Origin: Betaproteobacteria bacterium
Lineage (GTDB): Bacteria; Pseudomonadota; Gammaproteobacteria; Burkholderiales; Ferrovaceae
DNA: 64,000 bases
NCBI GenBank assembly: GCA_018971415.1
Contig: JAGXAW010000002.1
Span: 9,261-73,260 of the forward strand
Direction: 5' to 3'
Part shown: one piece after another, positions 51,049 to 62,076 of the stretch
How the letters are laid out: the number at the start of each line of letters is the position of its first letter
Numbering within the stretch: the stretch's first letter is position 1
The notes under the pieces: generated by a model
Seen by the model: only the letters and a program-made list of their open reading frames with translations
The model's database searches: none
What the model was told of the DNA's origin: nothing
Program-made: the position numbers and the translations under genes

Positions 51049-51620
51049 TCCCTAATATTGAATCTTTAGGTCCTTTAATAGTTACCTTGCTAATGGCTTT
51101 AGTAACAGGCTGGCTGTGGCGTGTTGTTGAGCATAGCGGATCAAATGGAACAAATGTACGAGAACATAAGCCAGACATATTAATGAGTCAGTTTTTTGCC
51201 CAGCAACTGGATGATAAGGGTCGCATACATTACACCCTTAAGGCTAACCAAATGATTCACTACCCTGATGACAGTAGCTCATACTTTGACCGTGTGTTGT
51301 TTACAACCTTTGAACCCAAAGAACCACCGGTCACGGTACAATCTATTAATGCAGTACGCTTTGACAATCTTGATAAGATTGTCTTTAGTGGAGATGTGGT
51401 TGTGACAAGACAACCAACTATTGATCAACCAATAACCGTGTTAAGAACGCAAACTCTAACAGTATATTTAAAGAAAGGGATTGGCGAGACCGATCAACCT
51501 GTTGTTCTCAATTATGGAAAAAATATACTTACGGCTGCGAACATGAGAGTAAATACCAATACAAAAATTGCTGAATTTGGACATGCTAAAGCGATATATT
51601 ACCCAAAAAAATCTCATTAA
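51015..51620 (+). CDS. lptC: LPS export protein LptC
   Basis: Single TM plus beta-jellyroll; position between kdsC and lptA; start probably ATG 51036. Confidence 0.85.
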   Translation: MARGYCTMARIIPNIESLGPLIVTLLMALVTGWLWRVVEHSGSNGTNVREHKPDILMSQFFAQQLDDKGRIHYTLKANQMIHYPDDSSSYFDRVLFTTFEPKEPPVTVQSINAVRFDNLDKIVFSGDVVVTRQPTIDQPITVLRTQTLTVYLKKGIGETDQPVVLNYGKNILTAANMRVNTNTKIAEFGHAKAIYYPKKSH

Positions 51621-52182
51621 ATTTTTCTTACTTGTTTTGATGATTAGCTCAACACTGGCTAACGCAGAAAAAGCAGACAAAGATAAACCTATTAATGTTG
51701 AGTCCGACAAAATGACAGCGGATGACATTAAAAAGATTTCTTATTTTGATGGTCATGTAGTTATGACACAAGGCACTATCCGTTTAACGGGAGATCATGT
51801 CATCGTGTCAGAGGATAAATCAGGCTTTAAACATGCTACTGCTTATGGCGATCCAGTTGCGTTTAGACAAAAAAAAGAGGCCTCTGATCAGTGGGTTGAT
51901 GGTGTTGCACAGCATGTTGAATATGACGAGAAAATTGGACGTGTAGAATTATTTGATAAAGCCATTGTGCGTCAGGATAAAGACGAAATTAAAGGTAATT
52001 ACTTGTCCTACGACCTTAATTCAGAATTCCTCCAAGCTGAGGGAAAAGATAAAAATGATATAAAAGCACCAAAAGGAAGGGTGCATATGATTTTTAAACC
52101 CGAGGAAAATAAGAACACAAGTGCTCCAAAACCGTCTACTACAGCACCAACACTAAAACTTGATAGTGAAAGCAACCCATGA
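51568..52182 (+). CDS. lptA: LPS export protein LptA
   Basis: D...PI..ESD, GHVV.TQG, RV...F.P. Confidence 0.9.
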   Translation: MLNLDMLKRYITQKNLIKFFLLVLMISSTLANAEKADKDKPINVESDKMTADDIKKISYFDGHVVMTQGTIRLTGDHVIVSEDKSGFKHATAYGDPVAFRQKKEASDQWVDGVAQHVEYDEKIGRVELFDKAIVRQDKDEIKGNYLSYDLNSEFLQAEGKDKNDIKAPKGRVHMIFKPEENKNTSAPKPSTTAPTLKLDSESNP

Positions 52183-52901
52183 GCGAATTAAGAGTCGAAC
52201 ATTTAGTTAAAAAGTATAAATCTCGTGTTGTCGTAAAAGATTTATCACTTAATGTAAAGAAAGGTGAAGTGGTTGGTTTGTTAGGTCCTAATGGAGCAGG
52301 AAAAACCACGTGTTTTTATATGATCGTAGGACTTGTCCCGTTAGACGGCGGAGAAATTTTTCTAGATAAAACACGTTTGAGTTTACTGCCTATTCATAAG
52401 AGATCTCAACTTGGCGTCTCCTATTTACCTCAAGAAGCCTCAATTTTTAGACGCATGACGGTTGCTGACAATATTTTGTCCGTATTACAACTAAGAAATC
52501 TCAAAGAAGAAGAGTGTGCTGAGGAATTAGATAGTCTACTTGCCGAACTTCATATTTCACATTTACGCAATAATCCTGCAATTAGTCTTTCAGGCGGAGA
52601 AAGGCGGCGTGTAGAGATTGCTAGGGCACTAGCAACCAGTCCACGGTTCATTCTTTTAGACGAACCATTTGCGGGCGTTGATCCCATAGCAGTTATGGAC
52701 ATACAACAAATTATCCGTTTCTTGAAGAACAGAGGAATTGGCGTATTAATTACTGACCATAATGTACGCGAAACTCTTGGTATTTGTGATCGAGCTTATA
52801 TTATTAACCAAGGTACAGTGCTAGCCTCTGGTCGACCTGATGAGATCATTCATAACGAAAATGTGCGTAAAGTCTATCTTGGCGAACACTTTAAACTTTA
52901 A
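52179..52901 (+). CDS. lptB: LPS export ABC ATPase
   Basis: [35 protein letters not shown]. Confidence 0.95.
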   Translation: MSELRVEHLVKKYKSRVVVKDLSLNVKKGEVVGLLGPNGAGKTTCFYMIVGLVPLDGGEIFLDKTRLSLLPIHKRSQLGVSYLPQEASIFRRMTVADNILSVLQLRNLKEEECAEELDSLLAELHISHLRNNPAISLSGGERRRVEIARALATSPRFILLDEPFAGVDPIAVMDIQQIIRFLKNRGIGVLITDHNVRETLGICDRAYIINQGTVLASGRPDEIIHNENVRKVYLGEHFKL

Positions 52902-52903
52902 GA

Positions 52904-54307
52904 ATGAAACAACATTTACAGCTAAAGCTGTCCCAGCAACTTACGCTCACCCCACAACTTCAGCAAGCCATAAGACTTTTACAGCTTTCAACAATTGAAC
53001 TTAACCAAGAAATTGAACAAGCACTTAACGAAAACCCTCTTTTAGAACTTGAAGAGTTAAGTGAGCCTAAAGACCGGTCAGATGAGCTTAATTCACAAGA
53101 ATCCACAATAGAAAATACGGCCAATGAGGAATCTTCTGATACAGAAGATTCATGGGAAAGTACTTCCGAGAGCGGTTCTGGAACACAAAACATTGAAGAC
53201 AATAAAAATGACTATTTTTTGGTTGAAGATAAACCCAGTCTTATTGATCACTTAAAAGAGCAATTACAATTATTTCCTCTCACCCAAAAAGACAAGCTTA
53301 TCATTAGTCAGTTAATTGCAAATATTAATGATATGGGTTACCTAGATGTTTCGTTAGAAGAGATAACCGAACAGTTTCCAGAAGAGATGGAAATTGATTT
53401 GGATGAAGTAAAAACCTGCTTAACGCTTCTGCAATCATTAGATCCAGCAGGCGTGGGTGCCACAACACTTGCAGAATGTTTAGAATTACAGCTCAATCAA
53501 TTACATAGTCAACATCCTCTTTATCACATCGCTCTTACAATTTGCAGAGATCATCTGTCTCTTTTAGCAAGTCATGACTATATAAAATTAAAAAAAATAT
53601 TAAAGATTAGTGATACGCAATTAAAAGATCTCGTCCAACTTATTACTCAGCTCAACCCAAAGCCTGCGGAACATTTTTTTCAGCAAGATACAAGATACAT
53701 AATTCCAGATGTTTTTGTTAAAAAACAAGGTAAAAAATGGGCTGCACAATTAAATCCACAGGTTTTACCGCGTTTAAAAATTAATCAACTTTATGCGAAT
53801 CTAATTCATAGTAATACAAACCATAGCTCGCTCAATAATCAACTTCAAGAAGCACGTTGGTTAATAAAAAATATACAACAACGTTTCGATACTATTTTAA
53901 AAGTATCTCAAGCTATCGTTGATGAACAACAAGATTTCTTTGAATTTGGAGAGGTTTCAATGAAGCCTATGGTACTCAAGGAAATTGCTGATTTGGTTGG
54001 TTTGCATGAATCAACTATTTCTCGTGTGACAACACAAAAATATTTATTTAGCCCAAGAGGAATATTTGAATTAAAATATTTCTTTAGTAGTCATGTTTCA
54101 ACAGACCAAGGAGGCATGGCTTCATCAACTTCTATTAGAGCCCTAATTAAACAGCTTATTAGTAATGAAAACCCAAAAAAACCATTATCAGATAATCAAA
54201 TTTCAGATATTCTGAATGAGAAAGGGATAGTTGTAGCTAGACGAACAGTTGCTAAATATCGAGAGTCCATGCAAATTTATCCAGCCAGCCAACGTAAAGT
54301 CATTTAA
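52904..54307 (+). CDS. rpoN: RNA polymerase sigma-54 factor
   Basis: TPQLQQAIRLLQLS, HESTISR, RpoN box ARRTVAKYRE. Confidence 0.95.
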   Translation: MKQHLQLKLSQQLTLTPQLQQAIRLLQLSTIELNQEIEQALNENPLLELEELSEPKDRSDELNSQESTIENTANEESSDTEDSWESTSESGSGTQNIEDNKNDYFLVEDKPSLIDHLKEQLQLFPLTQKDKLIISQLIANINDMGYLDVSLEEITEQFPEEMEIDLDEVKTCLTLLQSLDPAGVGATTLAECLELQLNQLHSQHPLYHIALTICRDHLSLLASHDYIKLKKILKISDTQLKDLVQLITQLNPKPAEHFFQQDTRYIIPDVFVKKQGKKWAAQLNPQVLPRLKINQLYANLIHSNTNHSSLNNQLQEARWLIKNIQQRFDTILKVSQAIVDEQQDFFEFGEVSMKPMVLKEIADLVGLHESTISRVTTQKYLFSPRGIFELKYFFSSHVSTDQGGMASSTSIRALIKQLISNENPKKPLSDNQISDILNEKGIVVARRTVAKYRESMQIYPASQRKVI

Positions 54308-54323
54308 TTATCAGGAGGATAGT

Positions 54324-54647
54324 ATGAAAATTAATGTTACTGGACAACACGTAGAAGTTACCCCTGCTATGCGTGATCATATTTCTGAAAAGCTACAACG
54401 TATAAAAAATCATTTCGATCAGCCTATAGATATCAACGTTATTCTAAAAATTGAAAAATTAGATCATCATATTGAAGCAAATGTTAGGGTTAACGGAAAG
54501 GATATTTTTGCTCAAACCTCAGGAACCGACATGTACATTGCTATCGACGATTTAGCGCATCTTTTAGATCGTCAAATCATTAAACAAAAAGAAAAAAATC
54601 AACATAACCGCGGTGGTGAAAGTATTAGACACCTGAATGGTGAATAA
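54324..54647 (+). CDS. hpf: Ribosome hibernation promoting factor
   Basis: TGQHVEVT.A, DMY.AID; SD AGGAGG. Confidence 0.95.
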   Translation: MKINVTGQHVEVTPAMRDHISEKLQRIKNHFDQPIDINVILKIEKLDHHIEANVRVNGKDIFAQTSGTDMYIAIDDLAHLLDRQIIKQKEKNQHNRGGESIRHLNGE

Positions 54648-54662
54648 CTGTTAGTCACCTTA

Positions 54663-55154
54663 TTGAAAATGGATTCCATTCAAAAACTTCTAAAACAAAG
54701 CCATGTCGTCGTAGACATGGAGGTAACAAGTAAAAAAAGGCTTTTTGAACAAATAGGTATTTTGTTTGAAAATCACAATCAGTTATCTCGAAGTTTAGTT
54801 TACGATGCTTTGTTTAATAGAGAAAAATTAGGTTCCACGGGGTTAGGGCATGGTTTTGCCCTGCCTCATGGAAGATTAAAAGGTTTAAAAAATCCACTCT
54901 GTTCATTCATTAGACTTAATAATTCAATCCCTTTTGAGTCCCCAGATGGTCAAAATGTAAAAATGGTGTTTGTTTTGTTGGTTCCTGATCACGCCAACGA
55001 ACATCATCTAAAACTTCTTAGTGAAATTGCTGAAATGTTTAGCGATGATGCACTCAGAGAAAAACTTGAATCTACTGATTCTGTAGAAGTGACTTTTCAA
55101 ACAATTATTGATTGGACCCCACATGCCAGACGTCAGCGTTCAACGACTCTTTGA
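54663..55154 (+). CDS. ptsN: PTS IIA(Ntr)
   Basis: RE.LGSTGLG.G.ALPHGR. Confidence 0.95.
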   Translation: MKMDSIQKLLKQSHVVVDMEVTSKKRLFEQIGILFENHNQLSRSLVYDALFNREKLGSTGLGHGFALPHGRLKGLKNPLCSFIRLNNSIPFESPDGQNVKMVFVLLVPDHANEHHLKLLSEIAEMFSDDALREKLESTDSVEVTFQTIIDWTPHARRQRSTTL

Positions 55155-56091
55155 TGAAAATCAAGAAAAAAACGGGCTTATCTGGCTAACCGACGGGAGC
55201 GGAAAAGAACGTGTAGTTCCAGTAGGGAGTTTAACTGATAGAAATGTAGGCGCAATTGCACATTTAAACTTAACCCATCCCCATCGCTTCCAAGTTTTAG
55301 GCCAAATGGAGTTAACTTACTTAAAAAGCCTAGGTAAAGAGCAACTTTCTGACGCCTTAAGTAGGCTCTTTTCTGATAATCTCACGGCTATTTTTATTGC
55401 CGAAAATGGAGAAGTATTTGAACCATTGAAAAAAATGGCTATTGATAAACAAGTGGCCTTGTTAGGTTGCTCACTCTCAAGCGCTGATTTGATCAATAAT
55501 TTAAATTATTACTTAAGCCAGGAGCTTGCGGAAGAGACCACCGTTCATGGTGTATTTATGGTGATTCTCGAAGTAGGTGTTCTTATTACGGGTGACTCTG
55601 CTGTCGGAAAAAGTGAATTGGCACTTGAGTTAATCTCACGCGGCCATGGCTTTGTGGCCGATGATGCTGTTGATTTATATAAAATTGGTCCTGAGACAAT
55701 CCAGGGAAAATGCCCACCAATGCTAAAAGACTTTTTAGAAGTACGTGGACTTGGTTTAATTAATATACGTTCCATTTTTGGTGAAACGGCTGTACGTCCT
55801 AGAAAAAATTTAAAGTTAATTGTTCATTTAGAACGTCCGCCTGGTGGCGATTTAAGTGCGTTTGAACGCTTACCAAGTCATACACCAACACAATCCATAT
55901 TAGGCATAGATATTCCAAAAGTGGTTTTACCCGTAGCTGTTGGAAGAAATTTGGCTGTTTTGGTTGAAGCCGCAACACGTAACTTTATCCTCATGCAAAG
56001 AGGGATTAACAGTACGCAGCAATTTTTAGATCGACAAAAGGAATATATGGGCGTGGATCTCTTTGATGATGACCAAAAGATTAATCAGTGA
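55123..56091 (+). CDS. hprK: HPr kinase/phosphorylase
   Basis: G.S.VGKSELALEL..RGH..VADD, LEVRGLG, GRNLA. Confidence 0.95.
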   Translation: MPDVSVQRLFDENQEKNGLIWLTDGSGKERVVPVGSLTDRNVGAIAHLNLTHPHRFQVLGQMELTYLKSLGKEQLSDALSRLFSDNLTAIFIAENGEVFEPLKKMAIDKQVALLGCSLSSADLINNLNYYLSQELAEETTVHGVFMVILEVGVLITGDSAVGKSELALELISRGHGFVADDAVDLYKIGPETIQGKCPPMLKDFLEVRGLGLINIRSIFGETAVRPRKNLKLIVHLERPPGGDLSAFERLPSHTPTQSILGIDIPKVVLPVAVGRNLAVLVEAATRNFILMQRGINSTQQFLDRQKEYMGVDLFDDDQKINQ

Positions 56092-56939
56092 CGATGATGA
56101 ATAACCATATTATTCTCATAAGTGGTCTTTCAGGCTCAGGAAAAACTGTTGCATTAAGAGCATTAGAAGACTCGGGCTTTTTTTCAATGGACAATTTACC
56201 CGTCCCTTTTGCTCTTGAGATCATCTCACGACTTATAGCCCGCGGAGAACACAAAATCGCTGTCACTCTAGATGCTCGAAGTGGTGAGGATATTACACAA
56301 CTTCCATTAACACTGAGCAAACTTAAAGAGAATAACTGGCAAGCTCATTTTATTTTTTTAGACGCCAGCGATAATGATCTTATTAGACGTTTTTCTGAAA
56401 CGAGACGCCCCCATCCTTTATCGGATGGCACTCTTTCAATTCTTGAATGCATTAGTACTGAAAGAGAACTCTTATCTGGTATTTCGGATATAGGCTATCG
56501 AATCGACACAACCCAAATTACACCCAATGCTTTACGTTCAAGAATTAAAAACTATCTGAATATTGATAACAATCAGTTAACCCTGTTCTTTGAATCGTTT
56601 GGTTTTAAACATGGAATCCCTCAGGATGCAGATTTTGTGTTTGATGTACGTTGTATCCCAAACCCGTTTTACGATCCAAAGCTACGCCCTCAAACTGGGC
56701 AAGATAAGGACGTTATCGACTTTTTAGAAAATGACTTACTGGCTCAAAAGATGTTTTCAGATATAAGCCACTTTATTCATAACTGGACGCATGCTTTTAT
56801 TAAAGACAATCGATCTACCTTAACCATTGCCATAGGATGCACTGGTGGACAGCATCGATCGGTGTATCTTGCAGACAAACTTAAAAATCACTTTAAAACC
56901 AATTTTTCGGTGCAAGTGATTCACCGAGAGTTAACCTAA
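56088..56939 (+). CDS. rapZ: RNase adapter RapZ
   Basis: SGLSGSGKT, RF.ETRR.HP, SFGFKHG, GCTGG.HRSV. Confidence 0.95.
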   Translation: MTMMNNHIILISGLSGSGKTVALRALEDSGFFSMDNLPVPFALEIISRLIARGEHKIAVTLDARSGEDITQLPLTLSKLKENNWQAHFIFLDASDNDLIRRFSETRRPHPLSDGTLSILECISTERELLSGISDIGYRIDTTQITPNALRSRIKNYLNIDNNQLTLFFESFGFKHGIPQDADFVFDVRCIPNPFYDPKLRPQTGQDKDVIDFLENDLLAQKMFSDISHFIHNWTHAFIKDNRSTLTIAIGCTGGQHRSVYLADKLKNHFKTNFSVQVIHRELT

Positions 56940-57964
56940 ATCAAATTATCCAGTATTTTCTTCATGGCAACGGGTATCGCCTTCAACAATATTTCATCTA
57001 CTGTTAACCATACTCCCTCGTTAAAGAGAGGAGCAAGCTGGTTGTTGGTTACATGATATTGTGCGACATTTAATTCAAGTGTTCGATGTGTAAGCTGGTG
57101 ATAAATAACTGGGTGTACTGCCTTCAACTTTCCCGTAATCTCATTGGCTTTTAACCAGTTCATCGTATCTATTGGATACTCAACCATTGGGAAAGCCCAT
57201 AAATCTCGCCATATGTTTTTCTTTCTTTTAATGATAAAGAATCTATCTTGATGCTCAAAAACAAAGACTTGTAATGGTAGACTTTGAGGTGGTGTTTTCT
57301 TTTTTCTTTCAGGAAAACTGGCGATCTGATTGTTTTTCTTAGCCTGGCATATATCCGTGAGTGGACACGACACGCATATAGGCTTTGATCGAGTGCATAC
57401 TGTGGCTCCTAAATCCATAAGACCTTGTGTATAAGCCACGATGTCTTGTTTAGGTAACAGTGACTGAGCTAAATCCCAGAGTTTATTTTCTGTTTCTTTA
57501 GCATACACATTTCCTAGAATCGTAAAACATCGTGTTAATACTCTTTTTACGTTTCCATCTAAGATAGGGAGTCTCTGATTATACGAAAAAACCCCAATGG
57601 CCCCTGCTGTAGATCGGCCAATTCCAGGTAGCAAAATACGCAGTTCTTGTTCCTTTGGAAACACTCCCTGATGGAGATTAACGATTTGTTGGGCTGCCTT
57701 ATGTAAGTTTCTCGCCCTTGTATAGTAACCAAGCCCCGCCCATAGTTCTAGAACTTGTTCTAAGTCGGCCTCTGCTAACTTATTTATCGTCGGAAATCGT
57801 GTCAAAAATCTCTCAAAATAGGTAAGAACAGTACTGACTTGCGTCTGCTGTAACATGATTTCTGAGAGCCATACGCGATAAGGGTCTCTTTGTCTTTGCC
57901 ATGGCAAATGGTGTCTTCCATGTTGTTTTTGCCACGTAATAACCAACTTAGAAAAATGAATCAT
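56936..57964 (-). CDS. mutY: A/G-specific adenine glycosylase
   Basis: WLSEIMLQQTQV, WAGLGYY.RARN, DGNVKRV, C..C...CP....C cluster. Confidence 0.95.
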   Translation of the reverse strand: MIHFSKLVITWQKQHGRHHLPWQRQRDPYRVWLSEIMLQQTQVSTVLTYFERFLTRFPTINKLAEADLEQVLELWAGLGYYTRARNLHKAAQQIVNLHQGVFPKEQELRILLPGIGRSTAGAIGVFSYNQRLPILDGNVKRVLTRCFTILGNVYAKETENKLWDLAQSLLPKQDIVAYTQGLMDLGATVCTRSKPICVSCPLTDICQAKKNNQIASFPERKKKTPPQSLPLQVFVFEHQDRFFIIKRKKNIWRDLWAFPMVEYPIDTMNWLKANEITGKLKAVHPVIYHQLTHRTLELNVAQYHVTNNQLAPLFNEGVWLTVDEILLKAIPVAMKKILDNLI

Positions 57965-57975
57965 GACTTTGCCTG

Positions 57976-58046
57976 AGCGGGTGAAGGGAATCGAACCCTC
58001 ATCTTAAGCTTGGGAAGCTTCTGCTCTGCCATTGAGCTACACCCGC
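57976..58046 (-). tRNA. tRNA-Gly(CCC), CCA not encoded
   Basis: 71-nt cloverleaf with anticodon loop TTCCCAA; 3' reads ...CCCGC-T-CAGG instead of TCCA. Confidence 0.9.
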
Positions 58047-58118
58047 AATGAATAATATTTGTTTATTTTATTATAGAATTAAGTCTTTAACTTTCTATCA
58101 TGCTAACATGAAAGGATC

Positions 58119-58319
58119 ATGAATATAATTGTTAACGGTGAAACAATCTCAATTGCACCGAATACCTCTTTAAGTAAAGTTATTGATACCTTAAACATAA
58201 AAAATCAACGCTTTGCTGTAGAGGTAAATGGTGAAATCGTAACCCGCTCAGAACACAATCACTATCAAATGAAAGAGAATGATAAGGTGGAAATTGTTGT
58301 AGCAGTGGGAGGTGGATAA
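58119..58319 (+). CDS. thiS: Sulfur carrier protein ThiS
   Basis: 66 aa, AVE.NG.IV, C-terminal VGGG. Confidence 0.95.
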   Translation: MNIIVNGETISIAPNTSLSKVIDTLNIKNQRFAVEVNGEIVTRSEHNHYQMKENDKVEIVVAVGGG

Positions 58320-58321
58320 TT

Positions 58322-59107
58322 ATGCGTACAGATCAATTTGTTATTGCTGGTAAAGAGTATCACTCAAGACTTCTTGTGGGCACCGGAAAGTACCGGGACT
58401 TCAATGAAACTAAAACAGCCATTGAAGAAAGTGGGGCAGAAATCGTCACCGTTGCTATTCGCAGAACCAATATAGGACAACATCCTAACGAGGAAAACCT
58501 TCTGGATGTGTTATCTCCCAAAAAGTATACTTTGCTACCAAACACCGCTGGATGTTATACCGCTGAGGAGGCGGTGCGAACCTTAAGACTCGCTCGTGAG
58601 CTGTTAGATGGGCACAATTTAGTTAAATTAGAAGTATTAGGAGACAGTAAAACGTTATTTCCAAATATGCCAGAAACCCTTATAGCTGCAAAAACGCTAG
58701 TTAAAGAAGGGTTTGATGTAATGGTTTATTGTAGTGATGATCCTATCCAAGCTCGGCAATTAGAGGATATTGGTTGCGCTGCTATTATGCCACTGGCATC
58801 TCTCATAGGCTCCGGAATGGGTATTTTAAACCCCTGGAATCTCAATATTATTATTGACCAACTCAAAGTACCTGTTATTGTGGATGCCGGCGTTGGGACC
58901 GCTTCTGACGCTGCCATTGCTATGGAACTAGGTTGCTCTGGGGTACTCATGAATACTGCTATAGCAAAAGCACAAAACCCAATATTAATGGCCTCAGCCA
59001 TGAAAAAAGCGGTGCAAGCAGGACGCGAAGCTTTCTTAGCAGGAAGAATGCCTAAAAAAACCTATCAAGCTGAAGCAAGCTCTCCAACAACTGGATTGAT
59101 CTCATAG
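58322..59107 (+). CDS. thiG: Thiazole synthase
   Basis: [26 protein letters not shown]. Confidence 0.95.
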   Translation: MRTDQFVIAGKEYHSRLLVGTGKYRDFNETKTAIEESGAEIVTVAIRRTNIGQHPNEENLLDVLSPKKYTLLPNTAGCYTAEEAVRTLRLARELLDGHNLVKLEVLGDSKTLFPNMPETLIAAKTLVKEGFDVMVYCSDDPIQARQLEDIGCAAIMPLASLIGSGMGILNPWNLNIIIDQLKVPVIVDAGVGTASDAAIAMELGCSGVLMNTAIAKAQNPILMASAMKKAVQAGREAFLAGRMPKKTYQAEASSPTTGLIS

Positions 59108-59799
59108 TGAGTCATTTATCCATCGGACAACATATACGTAGTTATGTATTACGCCAAGGAAGGCTCTCTGCTGGTCAACAACGTGCAATTGACCAGTGGT
59201 TTCCTAAATGGGGAATAGTCTTTGCTAACGATAAAGGTACTTTATCCTTCAATGAAATATTTCAACGTACTGCCCCAACCGTCCTAGAAATTGGATTTGG
59301 CATGGGTGAGCCTACAATTAAAATTGCTAAAACTTTTCCTGACAAGAATTTCATAGCTATTGATGTCCATGGTCCAGGAATTGGAAACATACTTAAATTA
59401 ATCGAACAAGAAGAATTAACGAATGTTAGAGTTATTCGTCATGATGCAGTAGAGGTACTAAATCATTTCATTCCACCGCACAGCCTTGCTGGAGTTCATA
59501 TTTTTTTTCCTGATCCCTGGCCTAAGGCAAGGCATCACAAAAGAAGACTTATCCAAAAACCTTTTATCGATAAATTAACAGAGTACCTCGAAGAGGGTGG
59601 CTATATTCACCTTGCAACAGATTGGCAAGAATACGCAGAACAAATGCTTGATGTACTGTCACAATGCGATAAGCTTAAAAACACTACAACAGGCTATTCT
59701 GATCGACCTGATTATAGACCGTTAACCAAGTTTGAAAATCGAGGTTTGAAATTAGGTCACGGAGTCTGGGACATAATCTTTAGAAAAGAAAGCCAGTAA
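59107..59799 (+). CDS. trmB: tRNA (guanine-N7)-methyltransferase
   Basis: LEIGFGMG, FFPDPWPK.RHHKRR, ATDW, TKFE.RG; GTG start. Confidence 0.95.
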   Translation: MSHLSIGQHIRSYVLRQGRLSAGQQRAIDQWFPKWGIVFANDKGTLSFNEIFQRTAPTVLEIGFGMGEPTIKIAKTFPDKNFIAIDVHGPGIGNILKLIEQEELTNVRVIRHDAVEVLNHFIPPHSLAGVHIFFPDPWPKARHHKRRLIQKPFIDKLTEYLEEGGYIHLATDWQEYAEQMLDVLSQCDKLKNTTTGYSDRPDYRPLTKFENRGLKLGHGVWDIIFRKESQ

Positions 59800-60289
59800 T
59801 TCCTTCTTGCCTTAATAATTTCTTTTTTAACTCTGTACCTAGACCAAACCCACCTAATCTCCCACCTGAACCAACCACCCGATGGCATGGAATGATAAAA
59901 GGGAGAGGGTTTGCACCGCAGGCACTGCCTACCGCTCTAACAGCTTTATTGTGACCAATTTCATTGGCAATTTCTTGATAAGTTTTTAAGCTACCAAGTG
60001 GGATTCGAGAAATGGCTCGCCATACTTTTTGCTGAAATGCTGTACCTTCTAATCGATACTTTAAATTAACGGGATCAACAGGATTGTGGATAAGCTCTAT
60101 TATGCTCTCTGCCAAGTATTTAAATCGATTTGTATGGTTTAAAAAAGAATATCGTTTTGACAATGAGAAAAATAAGTCCTCTCGGCTCGCTTGTATGTCT
60201 ACTCTTAAGAGTGTTGTTTCGTCACTCACAATTCCCAAATAACCCCAGGAAGGTATCTTAGTCGTGTAGCAATGAAATAAATTATCCAT
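59780..60289 (-). CDS. ogt: O6-methylguanine-DNA methyltransferase
   Basis: GT.FQ.KVW, RAVG.AC..NP....IPCHRV. Confidence 0.9.
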   Translation of the reverse strand: MDNLFHCYTTKIPSWGYLGIVSDETTLLRVDIQASREDLFFSLSKRYSFLNHTNRFKYLAESIIELIHNPVDPVNLKYRLEGTAFQQKVWRAISRIPLGSLKTYQEIANEIGHNKAVRAVGSACGANPLPFIIPCHRVVGSGGRLGGFGLGTELKKKLLRQEGITGFLF

Positions 60290-60322
60290 ACTGATTAAAA
60301 GATTAAAACGTTACTTAGCTAC

Positions 60323-61465
60323 CTATAAAAATAGACCGATTAAATCATTTAAAAAAAGTTGACCCAGTTCAGTGGGATATAAGCTTTGATCGTCATAATT
60401 TATGAGTTTCTTCTCTACTGCTCTATCTAGTATAGGTTTAATAGTCTCCAAGGACATGCCTGTACGTTCTGAAAATAACGATAGTGAAAAACCTTGATTT
60501 AAACGTAATGCGTTCATCATAAACTCAAAAGGTATATTGTCATCACTGATAAGGGTAATTTCTTCAATCTCACTGACTGAGTCAATTGATGCCAAATAAT
60601 GATTTGGGTGTTTGATTTTAGCGGTTCTTATTATCTGATCCGGGAACGAAATTTTTCCATGTGCACCAGGACCTATTCCTATATAGTCTCCAAACGTCCA
60701 ATAATTGAGATTATGCTTAGATTGGCGATTGTCCTTTGCATAGGCTGAAACTTCATAATGAATGTAATTGTTTGACTCTAAAATTCTATATATTTCCCTC
60801 TCTATAAGATGAACAGCTTCTTGATCAGGCAATGTCGGGGGAAACTTATAAAATAAAGTATTGGGTTCAATGGTTAAATGATAAAAGGAGAGGTGATCTG
60901 GTCCAAAGTCTAAAACCTGCTGAAGATCTGCCAAAGACTCGTCAATCGTTTGTCCTGGTAAGCCATACATAAGATCACAATTTAAATTAGTAAATATATG
61001 ACGAGCTTCATAAATTGCCCTGATAGCCTGATCGCGATCATGTACACGCCCAATTCGTTGTAATAAATGGTCATGTAAGGACTGTATCCCTAAAGAAAGC
61101 CTATTTACTCCAGCCTCTTTAAATCCTTTAAATTTGTCCACCTCAAAGGTTCCTGGGTTAGCTTCTAAGGTAATTTCTGAATCAGGCAGAACAACAGACA
61201 AACTCCTTATACCGCTAATTAACTGATCAATGGCTTTGGCAGAGAGTAGACTTGGCGTTCCCCCGCCAATAAATATTGATCGTATAGGCCTACCCCAGAC
61301 ACGAGGCAATTGGTATTCGAAATCTTTTAGTAACGCTTTAACAAAAATATCTTCGTCAAGATTTGCTTTTAACTCATGAGAATTAAAATCACAATAGGGA
61401 CATTTTTTAATACACCAAGGAACATGGATATATAAGGATAACGGAGGTAAAGCTTGAAATATCAT
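60323..61465 (-). CDS. hemW: Radical SAM heme chaperone
   Basis: LYIHVPWC..KC.YCDF, GGGTPS, EANP, HN..YW. Confidence 0.9.
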   Translation of the reverse strand: MIFQALPPLSLYIHVPWCIKKCPYCDFNSHELKANLDEDIFVKALLKDFEYQLPRVWGRPIRSIFIGGGTPSLLSAKAIDQLISGIRSLSVVLPDSEITLEANPGTFEVDKFKGFKEAGVNRLSLGIQSLHDHLLQRIGRVHDRDQAIRAIYEARHIFTNLNCDLMYGLPGQTIDESLADLQQVLDFGPDHLSFYHLTIEPNTLFYKFPPTLPDQEAVHLIEREIYRILESNNYIHYEVSAYAKDNRQSKHNLNYWTFGDYIGIGPGAHGKISFPDQIIRTAKIKHPNHYLASIDSVSEIEEITLISDDNIPFEFMMNALRLNQGFSLSLFSERTGMSLETIKPILDRAVEKKLINYDDQSLYPTELGQLFLNDLIGLFL

Positions 61466-61469
61466 TAGG

Positions 61470-62075
61470 CTAGCTTTTGAAAAATGAATCGTCCTGTAAA
61501 TATTGGACGATATGATTGAGTGCTTTTGCTCGATGACTTAAGGTGTTTTTTTCTGCTGATGTAAGCTGAGCTGCTGTTTTTTGTAATACTGGCACATAGA
61601 ACAATGGGTCATAACCAAAGCCATTATCACCTGCTTTTTTATAGGCTATCTCACCATACCATTTGCCTATACTTATTATGGGATCAGGATCTAGCTCGTG
61701 ACGTATCAATACCATACAACATATGAAGTGGGCTTTTCTCTGAGTTTCGTCTTTTAACAGTTCTAAAAGTTTTTGATTGTTTTTATCATCTGATTTTTCA
61801 TGACCTGCATAACGCGCAGAAAAGATACCAGGCGCTCCCATTAGTTGATCTACACATAATCCAGAGTCGTCAGCCAAACAGGGCTGTTTGGTTAATCCTG
61901 AAACGTACCGTGCTTTAGCCAATGCGTTTTCAATAAATGTAGGATAAGGCTCCTCTGGTTCTGGAAGAGATAACTCTTGTGCGCCCACTACTTCAATATA
62001 CAACGGTGCAAGTAAAGAACGGATTTCCTGTAGCTTCCCTTGGTTATGGGTAGCGACAATAATTTGCTTAGTCAT
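61470..62075 (-). CDS. rdgB: dITP/XTP pyrophosphatase
   Basis: AT.N.GKL.E, DDSGL, GFGYDP.F, SHR..AL. Confidence 0.95.
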   Translation of the reverse strand: MTKQIIVATHNQGKLQEIRSLLAPLYIEVVGAQELSLPEPEEPYPTFIENALAKARYVSGLTKQPCLADDSGLCVDQLMGAPGIFSARYAGHEKSDDKNNQKLLELLKDETQRKAHFICCMVLIRHELDPDPIISIGKWYGEIAYKKAGDNGFGYDPLFYVPVLQKTAAQLTSAEKNTLSHRAKALNHIVQYLQDDSFFKS

Positions 62076-62076
62076 A

